From the NCBI GenBank assembly GCA_963775685.1, contig CAVZJV010000014.1, positions 2,016,001 to 2,080,000 of the forward strand: a DNA stretch of 64,000 nt. The letters are read 5' to 3'. The stretch is from Candidatus Bathyarchaeota archaeon (GTDB lineage Archaea; Thermoproteota; Bathyarchaeia; Bathyarchaeales; Bathycorpusculaceae). This document shows positions 1-9,649 of the stretch, piece after piece. Position 1 is the stretch's first letter; each line of letters opens with the position of its first letter. Below the pieces are notes generated by a model that was not told where the DNA came from, did no database searches, and worked only from the letters and a program-made list of their open reading frames with translations. A program made the position numbers and the translations under genes.

Positions 1-632
1 TCCAACTATAACAACAACGCTTTTGGCAATAGACCACTTAAGCACCGGACCACTCGGAGTTCCAAAGTTAGCTGGTGCAATCGGCGCAAGCGCATCACCT
101 CTTGCAGGCAACGGATTGGCGGGATTTGGCAGCTACCTCCAAGGTTGCTACGCTAACCCGAGCAATATGGCATCTGTTCCAAGTATTGAATCACTTATGG
201 CCATAGCTAAATATCACGGATGGGTCGGTGGAGCATCAAGCATCGCAGTAATCATCGCAGGAATCGCCCTCTTTGTCTTAGCTCGCAAATACATTAAATG
301 GAAAATCACCCTCAGCTACATTGTTAGCATCGCAGTTCTCTCATTAATATTCTCATTCATCTACGCAGACGCTGACTTAACTACAAGATTGCTCTTTGAA
401 TTATTCATCGGTAGCTCAATCTTCCTGGCGTTTTTCATGGCAACGGATCCAGCGACAACACCCTTCAGCGGAGTAGGACAAATTATCTTCGGCGTAGGTC
501 TGGCAATTCTTGACCATACTGATACAAACGTATATGAACTTCTTTGGTGGCTCATTGCTAGCATTGCTAATCATGAACTTAACTGTACCACTTATTGACC
601 AAATACGTATCGACAAACCCTTCGGGAGATGA
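1..632 (+). CDS. rnfD: RnfD/NqrB-family membrane subunit (5'-truncated by the window edge; frameshift near 510)
   Basis: Contains 'GSSIFLAFFMATDPATTP' (RnfD FMATDP motif). After ~510 another frame continues as LTILIQTYMNFFGGSLLALLIMNLTVPLIDQIRIDKPFGR* (TGA 630-632), a typical RnfD C-terminus. Confidence 0.85.
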
Positions 633-637
633 ATAAA

Positions 638-1915
638 ATGGCAAACTTAGTTGAAATAAAAGAACATAAAGACGTAGCAAGAAAAACACCCATTGAAGTT
701 TTCCCTGACCCAAAAATTGCAGTAGTCCTTAACCAACCAACAGTCCGGGGCAAAAACAGATCCCTTGGTTTCTGTTGGCGACACTGTGGTCATCGGACAA
801 AAAATCGCCGACTCCAAAGAACGTATTAGCGCACCCGTTCATAGTCCAATCTGCGGCAAAGTCATAAAAATCGCCGACATATACAACAGCTGCTATGAAA
901 TGGCGACAGAAGCTATCTACATCGAAAACGACGGCAAAAAAACCAAAGACAAAACTCTAACTCCCATCTCTGAAGCAGAACTCAAAGACACCTCAAACGA
1001 AGTACTCTTAAAACGAATCCGAGAAGCAGGCATCATAGGTTTAGGCGGCGCAGGTTTCCCAACAAGCATCAAACTTGCCAGTCCCCGCAGACAAAAAAAT
1101 AACAACCCTGATCGTAAACGGCGCAGAAGGCGAACCATACGACACAGCAGACGAACGCTTAATGATCGAGAAAACCGCAAACCTTGTACGTGGAGTCCGA
1201 GTTATACGCAAACTTCTTGGGCAACCCCAAAGTCATCGTCGCAACCAAAGAAAGCAAAGTTGAAGCTATACCTAAACTTCAAGCAGCCTTCGGCAAAGAA
1301 CCAGACACCCAAGTCATAGCAAAACACCTAACCTACCAACAGGGCGACGCAAGCGTGCTACAAAAAGCAATCCTTGGCTACGAAACCCCTCCAGTCAAAC
1401 GCAGCTACGAAATGGGCACCATAGTGCAGAACGTCTCAACCATAAACGCAATCGCAAACGCCGTCTTCGAAGGTGAACCACTTATATCCAGAGTTACCAC
1501 CTTAAACGGTGACATCGCAAAACCCAAAAACCTACTTGTGAAAATTGGCACTCCAATTGCTGATATCCTTAGCCAAAACAACGTAAATACAAGCGATATC
1601 GGAAACATCGTAGTCGGCGGAGTGATGATGGGCACTGCTCTGCAAACAATCGATGCTCCAGTAACCAAAAGAACCTCAAGCATAATCTACTTCGCAAAAA
1701 GCAAAGCCAAAAAAGGTCAAAAAACAACCGCCTGCATTCACTGCGGAAGATGTCTCAATGCCTGTCCAGTTCGTCTACAACCTATCGCGATCTACAATGC
1801 GGTCATGAAAGGTGACTTCGCAAAAGCTGAGAAACTGTGGGCTAAAGACTGCCTTGCATGCGGAACATGTTCATTTGTTTGTCCGTCAAGGTTGCCGTTA
1901 GCTAGCACCATATAA
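638..1915 (+). CDS. rnfC: RnfC/RsxC-like electron transport subunit, split by several frameshifts
   Basis: Pieces in successive frames: VSVGDTVVIGQKIA..SAPVHSPICGKV, IREAGIIGLGGAGFPT, LIVNGAEGEPYDTADERLM, GGVMMG, and two CxxCxxCxxxCP ferredoxin motifs. Confidence 0.85.
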
Positions 1916-2110
1916 AATGGCGCGTCAATAATAAAAATTCCCTCTTTATTTTTTCTTTATTTTTATTCGTTTAAATAGTTAAATGACTTATCGTTTTAGC
2001 AATATTTATTTACTGTGAAAAAGTTTTGACGGAGATTTGCTTAGGCTCAAAGCTTTCAAGCATTAAGCTTATAAATATGCCACAACGTAAATAAGTCTAA
2101 GGGATAAAAA

Positions 2111-2762
2111 TTGGAAGAAAACAAATTTAAGCTATCAGACATCTTCGGCGGCATTATTATTCCAATAATTCTAGTAATTCTCATCTATGTTCTCGCAGTT
2201 TACGTTAACGTCGGTGGACAATACCACGTTATCGGTGCTACAAACACTATTGCTGTCATTCTTGTTAACGGCTTTGCTCAAATGATTGTTCTCGGTATCC
2301 CATTGGTTTTAGGCTTGCTATGGAATAAATGGGCAGGTGGAGCTGCAGGCTTCGTTATGGGAGGTCTCTATTATGTGGCGAACGCAGGTCAATATAACGG
2401 AATTTATGCAAGTGCAGGAGTTACAACTTACAACTTCTTTGGTGACATAAGCATGCTCTTTTATCTCGTAAACGCTGTTATAATCGGCTACATGGCTGGC
2501 GCACTCAACAATGGATCAACAAACTTCAAACGAATGCTCGGTGCAGGCTTAACCGCTGCCATAATAACTGCAGTAATTCAAAGCTACCTGAACTATACTA
2601 TCTCGCTTGCACCCTGCAAGACAGATGGCTCAAGACTCTTGGGTAGTTGATCCTGTGTTGGCAGTTGTAACGAATTTCGTACCAAGCATTGCTTTAGGAG
2701 TTATCGTACCTATTCTCGGTAAAGTAATGACCTGGTATGGCATTCAGCCACAAAGGCATTAA
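2111..2762 (+). CDS. Polytopic membrane protein, possibly an ECF S-component (frameshift near 2615-2645)
   Basis: About 6 hydrophobic helices and 'LGLLWNKWAGGAAGFVMG'. Hydrophobic coding continues in another frame to TAA at 2762. Confidence 0.6.
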
Positions 2763-2889
2763 AACTCCCCTCCTCTTTTCTTTTTAAATTTTCGTGAATA
2801 TTTTAAGAAAAACAAGTACTATTTTTTTAGAAAATCTTTTTTCATGGCACTTCAATGAACACTTGCGTTAAAAGTTTTTTTAAAAAATT

Positions 2890-4173
2890 TTATTCAGTTT
2901 GGTTTGGAGCAAACTCCCAAGCAATGTTGCCTTTCCAAATCTCGCCCAGTTTTGTAATTCGAACTTCCTTGTCATCGATTTCGATGAGTCCTTTTTCTTG
3001 TAGTTTTTGCAGTTGCTTTGGAAAAACTTTCTCAGGAGTTGTGTTGAATTTTTCCATGAACTCTTTCTTGCTTACTGGAAGACGCAGGTAAAGTCTAGTC
3101 ATGGTTCGCCGCATCATATCTTCATTTGTTGATTCAGAGAGTCTGCTGATAGGCAATTTTCCGGACTTTACAGTTTCCATATAATCGTTGATGTTTTCTA
3201 TGTTAGAATATGAGAACTTTTGCAAATAACCCATAAAACAGCCAGCGCCTGTTGTCAAGATGCCTCCCCATGGCCAGCCGTTAAGGCAGTTTTCCCTCAT
3301 GTGCCATTCAACACGGCTGTAACGGTCATGTCCGACGGCTTTGTAACCTGCTTCGGTGAGCATTTTGTGACCAGTAAGGAACATTTGTTTTTCGTATTCT
3401 GCGTCGCCTTGTGGTGGAGATTGTCCGTTTTTAATCATTTTTTCCAGGATTGTTCCTGGGTCTACATGCAATGAGTAGGCGTCAACTTCTGCATCTAATT
3501 CGATGGTTTTCTTGAGTGTGTTTATCCAGCTTTCCATTGTTTGTCCAGGTAAATTATACATTAGATCCACGCAAACCACTAATCCTAGTTTGCGGGCATG
3601 CTTAATGGCTTGTTCCACATCTGCGGCGCTGTCTGGTAAGCAGAGCGCCTTTCGTAGTTTGTCATCGAAAGTTTGCGCGCCCATGTCCATCTGGTAGACG
3701 CCGTACTCGGCTAGTTTGTTAATTTTCTTAAGAGCCAAAGTTTTTGAGGACCCAGTGACCTTGATGAAGTATTCTTTACTTGTGGTAAAGTTCGCTTTGC
3801 AGAAATCGATCAAATCAATTATTTGTTCCGCAGACAGAACACTTGGGGTTCCGCCGCCTAGAACTATCTCGTCAAACACACTTGTCTTCACGTACCTTGT
3901 CTTGGCGTACATAGCGAGTTCTTTTTTGAGCAAGTCAAGGTAGGGTTCAATCTGAACCTTGCTTGATGCAGTGGTTGGGAAATAGCAAAACGCACACCTG
4001 CTGTCACAAATCGAAACCCACGGTTGCAGCTCCATTAAGCGGCCTGAAGTGTTCTCGGTGTCTAGGAACTTCATGAAGGCTTCATATGTTTCAGGTTGTA
4101 TCCCTGGGTAATCCCTGTAAGTGTAGGGCGGCCAATTTTCTCTTGTGCCGTAAGCTTCAGAGGTTTTAGTCAT
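2890..4173 (-). CDS. HemN-like (class C) radical SAM protein
   Basis: CDSRCAFC, LGGGTPS, DLMYNLPGQT, GAG motif and a HemN_C-type tail (LIEIDDKEVRITKLG). Confidence 0.85.
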   Translation of the reverse strand: MTKTSEAYGTRENWPPYTYRDYPGIQPETYEAFMKFLDTENTSGRLMELQPWVSICDSRCAFCYFPTTASSKVQIEPYLDLLKKELAMYAKTRYVKTSVFDEIVLGGGTPSVLSAEQIIDLIDFCKANFTTSKEYFIKVTGSSKTLALKKINKLAEYGVYQMDMGAQTFDDKLRKALCLPDSAADVEQAIKHARKLGLVVCVDLMYNLPGQTMESWINTLKKTIELDAEVDAYSLHVDPGTILEKMIKNGQSPPQGDAEYEKQMFLTGHKMLTEAGYKAVGHDRYSRVEWHMRENCLNGWPWGGILTTGAGCFMGYLQKFSYSNIENINDYMETVKSGKLPISRLSESTNEDMMRRTMTRLYLRLPVSKKEFMEKFNTTPEKVFPKQLQKLQEKGLIEIDDKEVRITKLGEIWKGNIAWEFAPNQTE

Positions 4174-4283
4174 CTAAGGTTCCCCTTTTGTAGTTTTTAA
4201 AACCGCTCGATGACATAATAAAGTTTCCGCAAAATTAGCTCAAATCAAAAAATCTTTGATAGCGCATATTTTTGGGTTCACAT

Positions 4284-5069
4284 TTATTCTGTTTGAGCTT
4301 TTTTCCATATGTTTTCAAAGTAGATCTCTGCTAGTTTTACAACATTACGGTTATTAGTCCATAGGCTTGGAACTATAGTATGCGCTATGCGGATGTTAAC
4401 TTCTTTATTATCAAACATTATCAAGCCCACCTGAACATCCTCGATAAATCTGAATTCAAAAGAGGGATTCTTCTTTAATAACTGGATATTTCTATCCGTC
4501 GTAATGCCTTCCTTTTTGGTCGTGAGTGCTTGAATTCTAATACCCCTTCCTGTTGCTTTTTCAAGTTGCTCACCAGTGTGAAACATAATTGTGCTCATTC
4601 TCTCTTTTGTGTATATTATTTTGACACTCGATTGGGTTTCTTCGATGTCTTCTCTAACTTTTCTGAAGAACAGTCCCTTCTCTGAAGTTATTACAAACTG
4701 CGTGGATTCTTCATTCATATCACTCTTTAGGTCACTTACAGAAATTTTGTCAAAAACTGTTTTTGCCTTCTTTTTAAGCTCGGAATATTCGTTAGTTCTT
4801 TTGTTTAAGAGCATGGAGAATCCTTTTTCTAATGGAATTGCCCTGAAGACTGTTGGCTTGGATATTATTTTTTCAACTAGGCCAATTTTTTGAAGATTGG
4901 GTAGAACTCTGTATATGTCTTGTCGAGCAACACTTGACTCTTTACAAATTCTCTTCACTTCCCCGCCCGAGTTGCCGAGTTTAATAAGTGTCAAATACAG
5001 TTTAGCCTGCACATAAGTGAGGCCTAAATTCATGAATATCCCCACAGATTCTTCTTCGTTTTGTGCCAC
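4284..5069 (-). CDS. TrmB-family transcriptional regulator
   Basis: LGLTYVQAKLYLTL..VARQDIYRVL..LQKIGLVEKI..PTVFRAIP N-terminal HTH and a C-terminal effector domain. Divergent from the beta-propeller gene. Confidence 0.85.
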   Translation of the reverse strand: MAQNEEESVGIFMNLGLTYVQAKLYLTLIKLGNSGGEVKRICKESSVARQDIYRVLPNLQKIGLVEKIISKPTVFRAIPLEKGFSMLLNKRTNEYSELKKKAKTVFDKISVSDLKSDMNEESTQFVITSEKGLFFRKVREDIEETQSSVKIIYTKERMSTIMFHTGEQLEKATGRGIRIQALTTKKEGITTDRNIQLLKKNPSFEFRFIEDVQVGLIMFDNKEVNIRIAHTIVPSLWTNNRNVVKLAEIYFENIWKKAQTE

Positions 5070-5442
5070 TTTTTTCCCTGCTAGTGTCTATTGGAATGAT
5101 TTAAGAATTTTTCCTGAAACCAAGGGCTTCTATTCAGAAGAACTGCTGGTTGCACGGATTCAAAAAATGATTTTTGGAATATAGTGATGGTCAACGCTGC
5201 TGGGCTGAAACTTTTCTGGTTTTGTTCTAAAAAATAGGTTAGTTTAAGACATTTTGCTTTTTCTTTTCTGTTAGTTCTTGACCAGCAAACTGTTGCAATT
5301 GGTCTAACATAATTCGCTATTTTGATTTATAGGACTTTTTTTAAAATGATTTGAATGAATTTGTCAGCAGTACCACTTGTTACAAGATCTTTTAACGAAT
5401 TTGATCCAATAGTTAGTTACAGAAAAAAAGGAAAAATGAAAA

Positions 5443-8028
5443 ATGCTGAAACTAAAAAATAAAACTATAGCTATTTTGATTGCAGCAATCTTGACAATTT
5501 CAATGAGCGCTTCAATAACACTACTGCCAAGCGCTAGTGCACATGACCCACCGTGGACGCTTCCAACATACTGTTTCATCAATATTGCTCCTTCTCCTAT
5601 TGGAGTTGGGCAGCAAGTTAACGTCAACTTCTGGCTTCAAGTGCCTCCACCAACAGCCGCCATGGCTAGTGGGGACAGATGGACAAACATGACCGTACTA
5701 GTCACGCATCCAGATGGAACAACTGAAACCTTAGGGCCTTTCTCATCTGATGACACTGGGGGATCACACACTGTCTATACGCCTTCAGTGGTTGGCAATT
5801 ACACTTTCCAGATGATCTTTGGCGGAAACACCCTACTAGGGCTAAACACGCCCAACGGACAGCCATCGACCAACCCGTTTGTCGGCGATTATTATGAACC
5901 CAGCAAAAGCAACGTATTCACCTTGCCCGTACAACAAGACCCAATTAGCTATGCACCCGTGATTTCACTTCCAACCGAATACTGGACGCGGCCAATCTAT
6001 GCCCAAAACAACGATTTATGGTATGCAATTGGTGGTAACTGGCTTGGTCTTGGAGTGTCAACGTTTGCAAACACTGGCCAATACAACGCTCAAGGAAGCT
6101 ATGCACCATACACAACTGCGCCAAACAGTGCTCACATTATGTGGACAAAGCCTATAGCTTTTGGCGGCACAATTGGAGGAGAATTTGGCAATGATCAACA
6201 AAGCAACTTCTGGTCAACTTCTCAGTATCAGCCAAAGTTTGCGCCAATCATCATTAATGATATGCTCTACTATACTATGTATCCTGGTTCTACTGCTAAT
6301 CCCGCGGGTTGGGCTGCTGTTAACTTGCATACTGGAGAGACAATTTGGACTCAAGACTATACAACTATTCTAAAGTGCGGTCAAATAATGGATTATTTAA
6401 CGCCTAACGAGTATGGTGCTAGAGCTTATCTGTGGGCTACTGGTTCGGTGCCTGGTGTGGTTTCGACTGGAACGACTTACAGTATGTATGATGCTATGAC
6501 GGGCAAATATATCCTTAGCATTGTCAACGGAACAGGTCTTAATTCTATTCAACTTGATGACTACGGCGGCTTAATTGGCTACTATGTTAACGCAAGCGGA
6601 ACTCAGAGATCGCTAACTGTATGGAACTCTACTAGGGCAATAATGCGCGGCGAAAACGGTAATGGCGATCCAAACGGCTGGCAATGGAGACCTCCGCAGG
6701 ACGGAGTGATAGCGTTCCAAAATGGAATAGAATGGTCCGCACCCATCGCAACAACAATTGATGGCAATTCTATAGCTCTAAGCCTTAGCGGCATCAACGG
6801 AGGAGTGGTACTTCTATCGTACGCAAGTGGGCAATCTGCTTACTTCCAGGGCGGATGGTATGTTGTAGCAGGATACAGTGCAGTTGACGGACATTTGCTT
6901 TGGGGACCAAAGAACCATACCGAAGTTGAGAATTCGCGTGTTCTTTTTGGCGCTGAAACTATGGGATATGGGACCTGGGTTGAGTTTGATTCTGCCGCAT
7001 TAACAGCAACAGGCTACAGCTTAACAACTGGTGACAAAATATGGGGACCAAAACCTATGCCAAACGTTAATCCTTTCACTTCGCTTGGTCAACGATACTG
7101 TCCAGGCCCTGATGGAACGATGCTTACTTGGACTTATGGCGGAGATGCTTATTCTATTGATATGGCTACTGGCACTTTTAACTGGGAATACCATGCGCCT
7201 TCGAGCGGTTATGAGTCTCCTTATGGCACTTGGCCATTTTGGACTTTTAGCGTTGGAACGGTTGCAGATGGCAAGCTATTTCTGCCGGTAGGTCACATGT
7301 ATAGTCCGCCGCTATTCCACCACGCACAACAAATGGCATTGAATCTCACCGATGGCTCTGTTGTTTGGAGTATTACTGCTTTTGACGTTACTAGTGCACC
7401 AGCTATCTCTGATGGTATTGCGGTTACGCTAAACGCTTATGACAATCAGCTATATGCATGGGGCAAAGGTCCAACCGTTACATCAGTGTCTGCACCTCAG
7501 GCAGCTATTGATTTAGGCCGATCGATTGTTATTAGTGGTACAGTTATGGATATCTCTGCAGGTGCATCGCAAGAAGTATCAGCCGCGCGCTTTCCTAATG
7601 GTCTTCCATGTGTTTCTGAAGCAAGTCAACAGACTTGGATGGAGTATGTTTACATGCAGCAGCCACGCCCCAACGACGTTACTGGGGTTCCTGTTTCAAT
7701 CGATGTAATTGACTCCAACGGTAATCTGCGTACCATCGGCACAGCTACAAGTGATGCAAGCGGCGCGTTTAGTTTCCAGTGGACTCCTGATATCGAAGGC
7801 AAATACACTGTTATTGCGACATTTCTGGGATCTGAGTCTTACTATTCGTCTTACTCTGAAGCTGCTTTCGCGGTTGATCCTGTTGCTACACCAACGTCTG
7901 CACCTGCTGATACTTTGCTTGGATTGGCGACAACTAATGATCTTTTGATGTACATGGCTGCTTCTGTGGTTGCTATAATCGTTGCCATTGCCATAGTTGG
8001 CATACTGCTGCTTAAGAAAAACCCCTAG
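5443..8028 (+). CDS. Large secreted, C-terminally anchored beta-propeller ('PQQ-binding-like') surface protein, paralog A
   Basis: Signal peptide, Ig-like N-domain, W-rich propeller repeats, conserved RFPNG..WMEYVY.Q domain, and a TM helix ending KKNP. Confidence 0.85.
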   Translation: MLKLKNKTIAILIAAILTISMSASITLLPSASAHDPPWTLPTYCFINIAPSPIGVGQQVNVNFWLQVPPPTAAMASGDRWTNMTVLVTHPDGTTETLGPFSSDDTGGSHTVYTPSVVGNYTFQMIFGGNTLLGLNTPNGQPSTNPFVGDYYEPSKSNVFTLPVQQDPISYAPVISLPTEYWTRPIYAQNNDLWYAIGGNWLGLGVSTFANTGQYNAQGSYAPYTTAPNSAHIMWTKPIAFGGTIGGEFGNDQQSNFWSTSQYQPKFAPIIINDMLYYTMYPGSTANPAGWAAVNLHTGETIWTQDYTTILKCGQIMDYLTPNEYGARAYLWATGSVPGVVSTGTTYSMYDAMTGKYILSIVNGTGLNSIQLDDYGGLIGYYVNASGTQRSLTVWNSTRAIMRGENGNGDPNGWQWRPPQDGVIAFQNGIEWSAPIATTIDGNSIALSLSGINGGVVLLSYASGQSAYFQGGWYVVAGYSAVDGHLLWGPKNHTEVENSRVLFGAETMGYGTWVEFDSAALTATGYSLTTGDKIWGPKPMPNVNPFTSLGQRYCPGPDGTMLTWTYGGDAYSIDMATGTFNWEYHAPSSGYESPYGTWPFWTFSVGTVADGKLFLPVGHMYSPPLFHHAQQMALNLTDGSVVWSITAFDVTSAPAISDGIAVTLNAYDNQLYAWGKGPTVTSVSAPQAAIDLGRSIVISGTVMDISAGASQEVSAARFPNGLPCVSEASQQTWMEYVYMQQPRPNDVTGVPVSIDVIDSNGNLRTIGTATSDASGAFSFQWTPDIEGKYTVIATFLGSESYYSSYSEAAFAVDPVATPTSAPADTLLGLATTNDLLMYMAASVVAIIVAIAIVGILLLKKNP

Positions 8029-8051
8029 CCAAAAGAAAGTGACTCAAAATC

Positions 8052-8068
8052 TCTTTCCCCTTTTTTAG
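8052..8068 (+). terminator. Pyrimidine-rich (CCC + T-run) archaeal terminator candidate
   Basis: TCTTTCCCCTTTTTTAG after the stop codon. The same signature follows stops at ~1938, ~2766, ~32855 and ~39507. Confidence 0.5.
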
Positions 8069-8107
8069 TTTTGTATTGGCAATAATTCGCTTTGGTAATT
8101 GGAAAGG

Positions 8108-8210
8108 GCTGAGTAGGCTCTGGACACAATTCACGATACAATAGCCGTAGTTATCGTGAAGAGCGTTTTGCATTTCGCTCTTTTCTCCTAATACGTTCCA
8201 GAACCTCAGC
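8108..8210. ncRNA. Structured repeat element, copy 1 (candidate regulatory RNA)
   Basis: Closing stem GCTGA..GGCTCTGGA / TCCAGAACC.TCAGC. Internal hairpins TTCACGATA/TATCGTGAA (8130-38/8152-60) and GAGCG/CGCTC (8161-65/8176-80). Homologous to 39560-39655. Confidence 0.7.
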
Positions 8211-8229
8211 AAACTTTTCCAAAAAACAT

Positions 8230-9630
8230 TTACATAGGTTTAAGCCGGGCCATGGCTCGCCAAAGCATATAGTTAGCTCCTGTTCTAACCATTATCTTGC
8301 TGTACAAGTTGCCCTTTAAGTAGCCTTTCACTGCTTGTCGCATGACGTATTTTGGAGAGTAGAATTTGTTGTAGAAGTTCTTCCTCATCTCCGCAATGTC
8401 CTTCGCTAGCAATGCGGGGTCTTCAAAGATGGGATTCATAGTATTGTACAGTTCCCATTTCTTCGACATCTTCCACCCATAGCTCTTCACTAGCTCACGA
8501 AGTTCAGTTCCCGGAAATGGAGTCGCGTGGCAAAGCCAAACATCATCAGGTTCAACTCTGCGAACAAAATCAAGGCTTTCCTGCAAAGTCTCCTTTGTCT
8601 CGCCCGGATATCCCAAAATGACTGATATAGTGACGAAGATTCCTGCCTCTTTAGTCCATTTGATTGCGTTTTCACACTGGGCGTTTGTAACCTGCTTCTT
8701 TAATACGTCACGCATCCTTTGGCAACCCGACTCGACGCCAAACATCACTTCGTCGCAGTTGGCTTTGCTCATCTTTGCCACGAGGTCTTTGGTTACTGCG
8801 TCGGCTCGGGTTCCACAGCCCCAGGGCAATTTCATTTTTCTCTCAATAATGCCGTTGCAGATTTCAAGCGTACGCACCTTGTTAAAAGTTAACGTGTCAT
8901 CTTGGAAAGCTACGCCTTCTGCACCGTACTCATCTCTCAACCACTCCATTTCATCCAAGACCTTCTTAGAGCTTCTTCCTCTGAAGGGTGCGCCGAACAT
9001 TTGTGAAGCAACACAGAAGGGGCATTGGTAGGGGCAGCCTCTGCTGCTTATTATTGAAAGAAGGTTTCGTCCTGTTATGTTATATTTTTCCATCGGAAGA
9101 TACTTGTATGCGGGAAGCGGCAGGGAATCAAGGTCTTGGATGTAGGGTCTGTTTGCTGTTTGAATTATTTGGTTATCTTTTCGAAAGGTTACACCTTTGA
9201 CCTCGTTAATGGGCAACTGTTTGGCTAGTTCTACTATGGTTTCTTCGCCTTCACCTCTCACGATTATGTCGACGGCTTTTTCGGATGCGAGGATTTCTTC
9301 ACCGGCGAAGGTTGCGTGCGGTCCACCCATCAAAACCTTAGCATCTGGGCAGACTTCTTTTGTCAAGTGGGCAGACTTAAGTGCCGATTCAATCGTCGGC
9401 GTCATAGAACCAATACCGACCATCGTGGGTTGATATGATTCTAATTCAACTTTGAGTTTATCATGATCGAATTCACAAACTGGACAATCGAAAATTTTCA
9501 CTTCAAAACCATTTTGCTCTAAAACCGCTGCCATGTAGGCTAAACCTAGCGGTGGAAAAAGTGGGTGGTTTCCCCGTTTCTGTAAAAGTGGTGAAGTTAC
9601 TAACGCTACTCTGGTTTTAGTTGCACACAT
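8230..9630 (-). CDS. B12-binding radical SAM protein (pair I-a)
   Basis: PPLGLAYMAAVLE, GGPHAT, GEGE, SRGCPYQCPFC, GVESG. Start placed at ATG 9630 because the longer ORF overlaps the upstream gene. Confidence 0.9.
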   Translation of the reverse strand: MCATKTRVALVTSPLLQKRGNHPLFPPLGLAYMAAVLEQNGFEVKIFDCPVCEFDHDKLKVELESYQPTMVGIGSMTPTIESALKSAHLTKEVCPDAKVLMGGPHATFAGEEILASEKAVDIIVRGEGEETIVELAKQLPINEVKGVTFRKDNQIIQTANRPYIQDLDSLPLPAYKYLPMEKYNITGRNLLSIISSRGCPYQCPFCVASQMFGAPFRGRSSKKVLDEMEWLRDEYGAEGVAFQDDTLTFNKVRTLEICNGIIERKMKLPWGCGTRADAVTKDLVAKMSKANCDEVMFGVESGCQRMRDVLKKQVTNAQCENAIKWTKEAGIFVTISVILGYPGETKETLQESLDFVRRVEPDDVWLCHATPFPGTELRELVKSYGWKMSKKWELYNTMNPIFEDPALLAKDIAEMRKNFYNKFYSPKYVMRQAVKGYLKGNLYSKIMVRTGANYMLWRAMARLKPM

Positions 9631-9649
9631 CACTATACCTGTTAATAGG

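Noticed and set aside
500-2762. Frameshifts in rnfD, rnfC and the 2111 membrane gene (also Dph6 #1 at ~14245 and ecfA at ~62858) as programmed frameshifting or pseudogenisation
   Set aside because: They are apparent small indels in otherwise intact conserved genes, concentrated near the window ends. Long-read or low-coverage assembly error is the simpler explanation and needs a read check.
8108-8210. Element as a tRNA, C/D-box or H/ACA guide, CRISPR repeat or classical MITE
   Set aside because: There is no T-loop/D-loop consensus, no RUGAUGA box C, no properly placed ACA, and no repeat-spacer array. No evident target-site duplication or nearby transposase was found. A MITE origin is not fully excluded.
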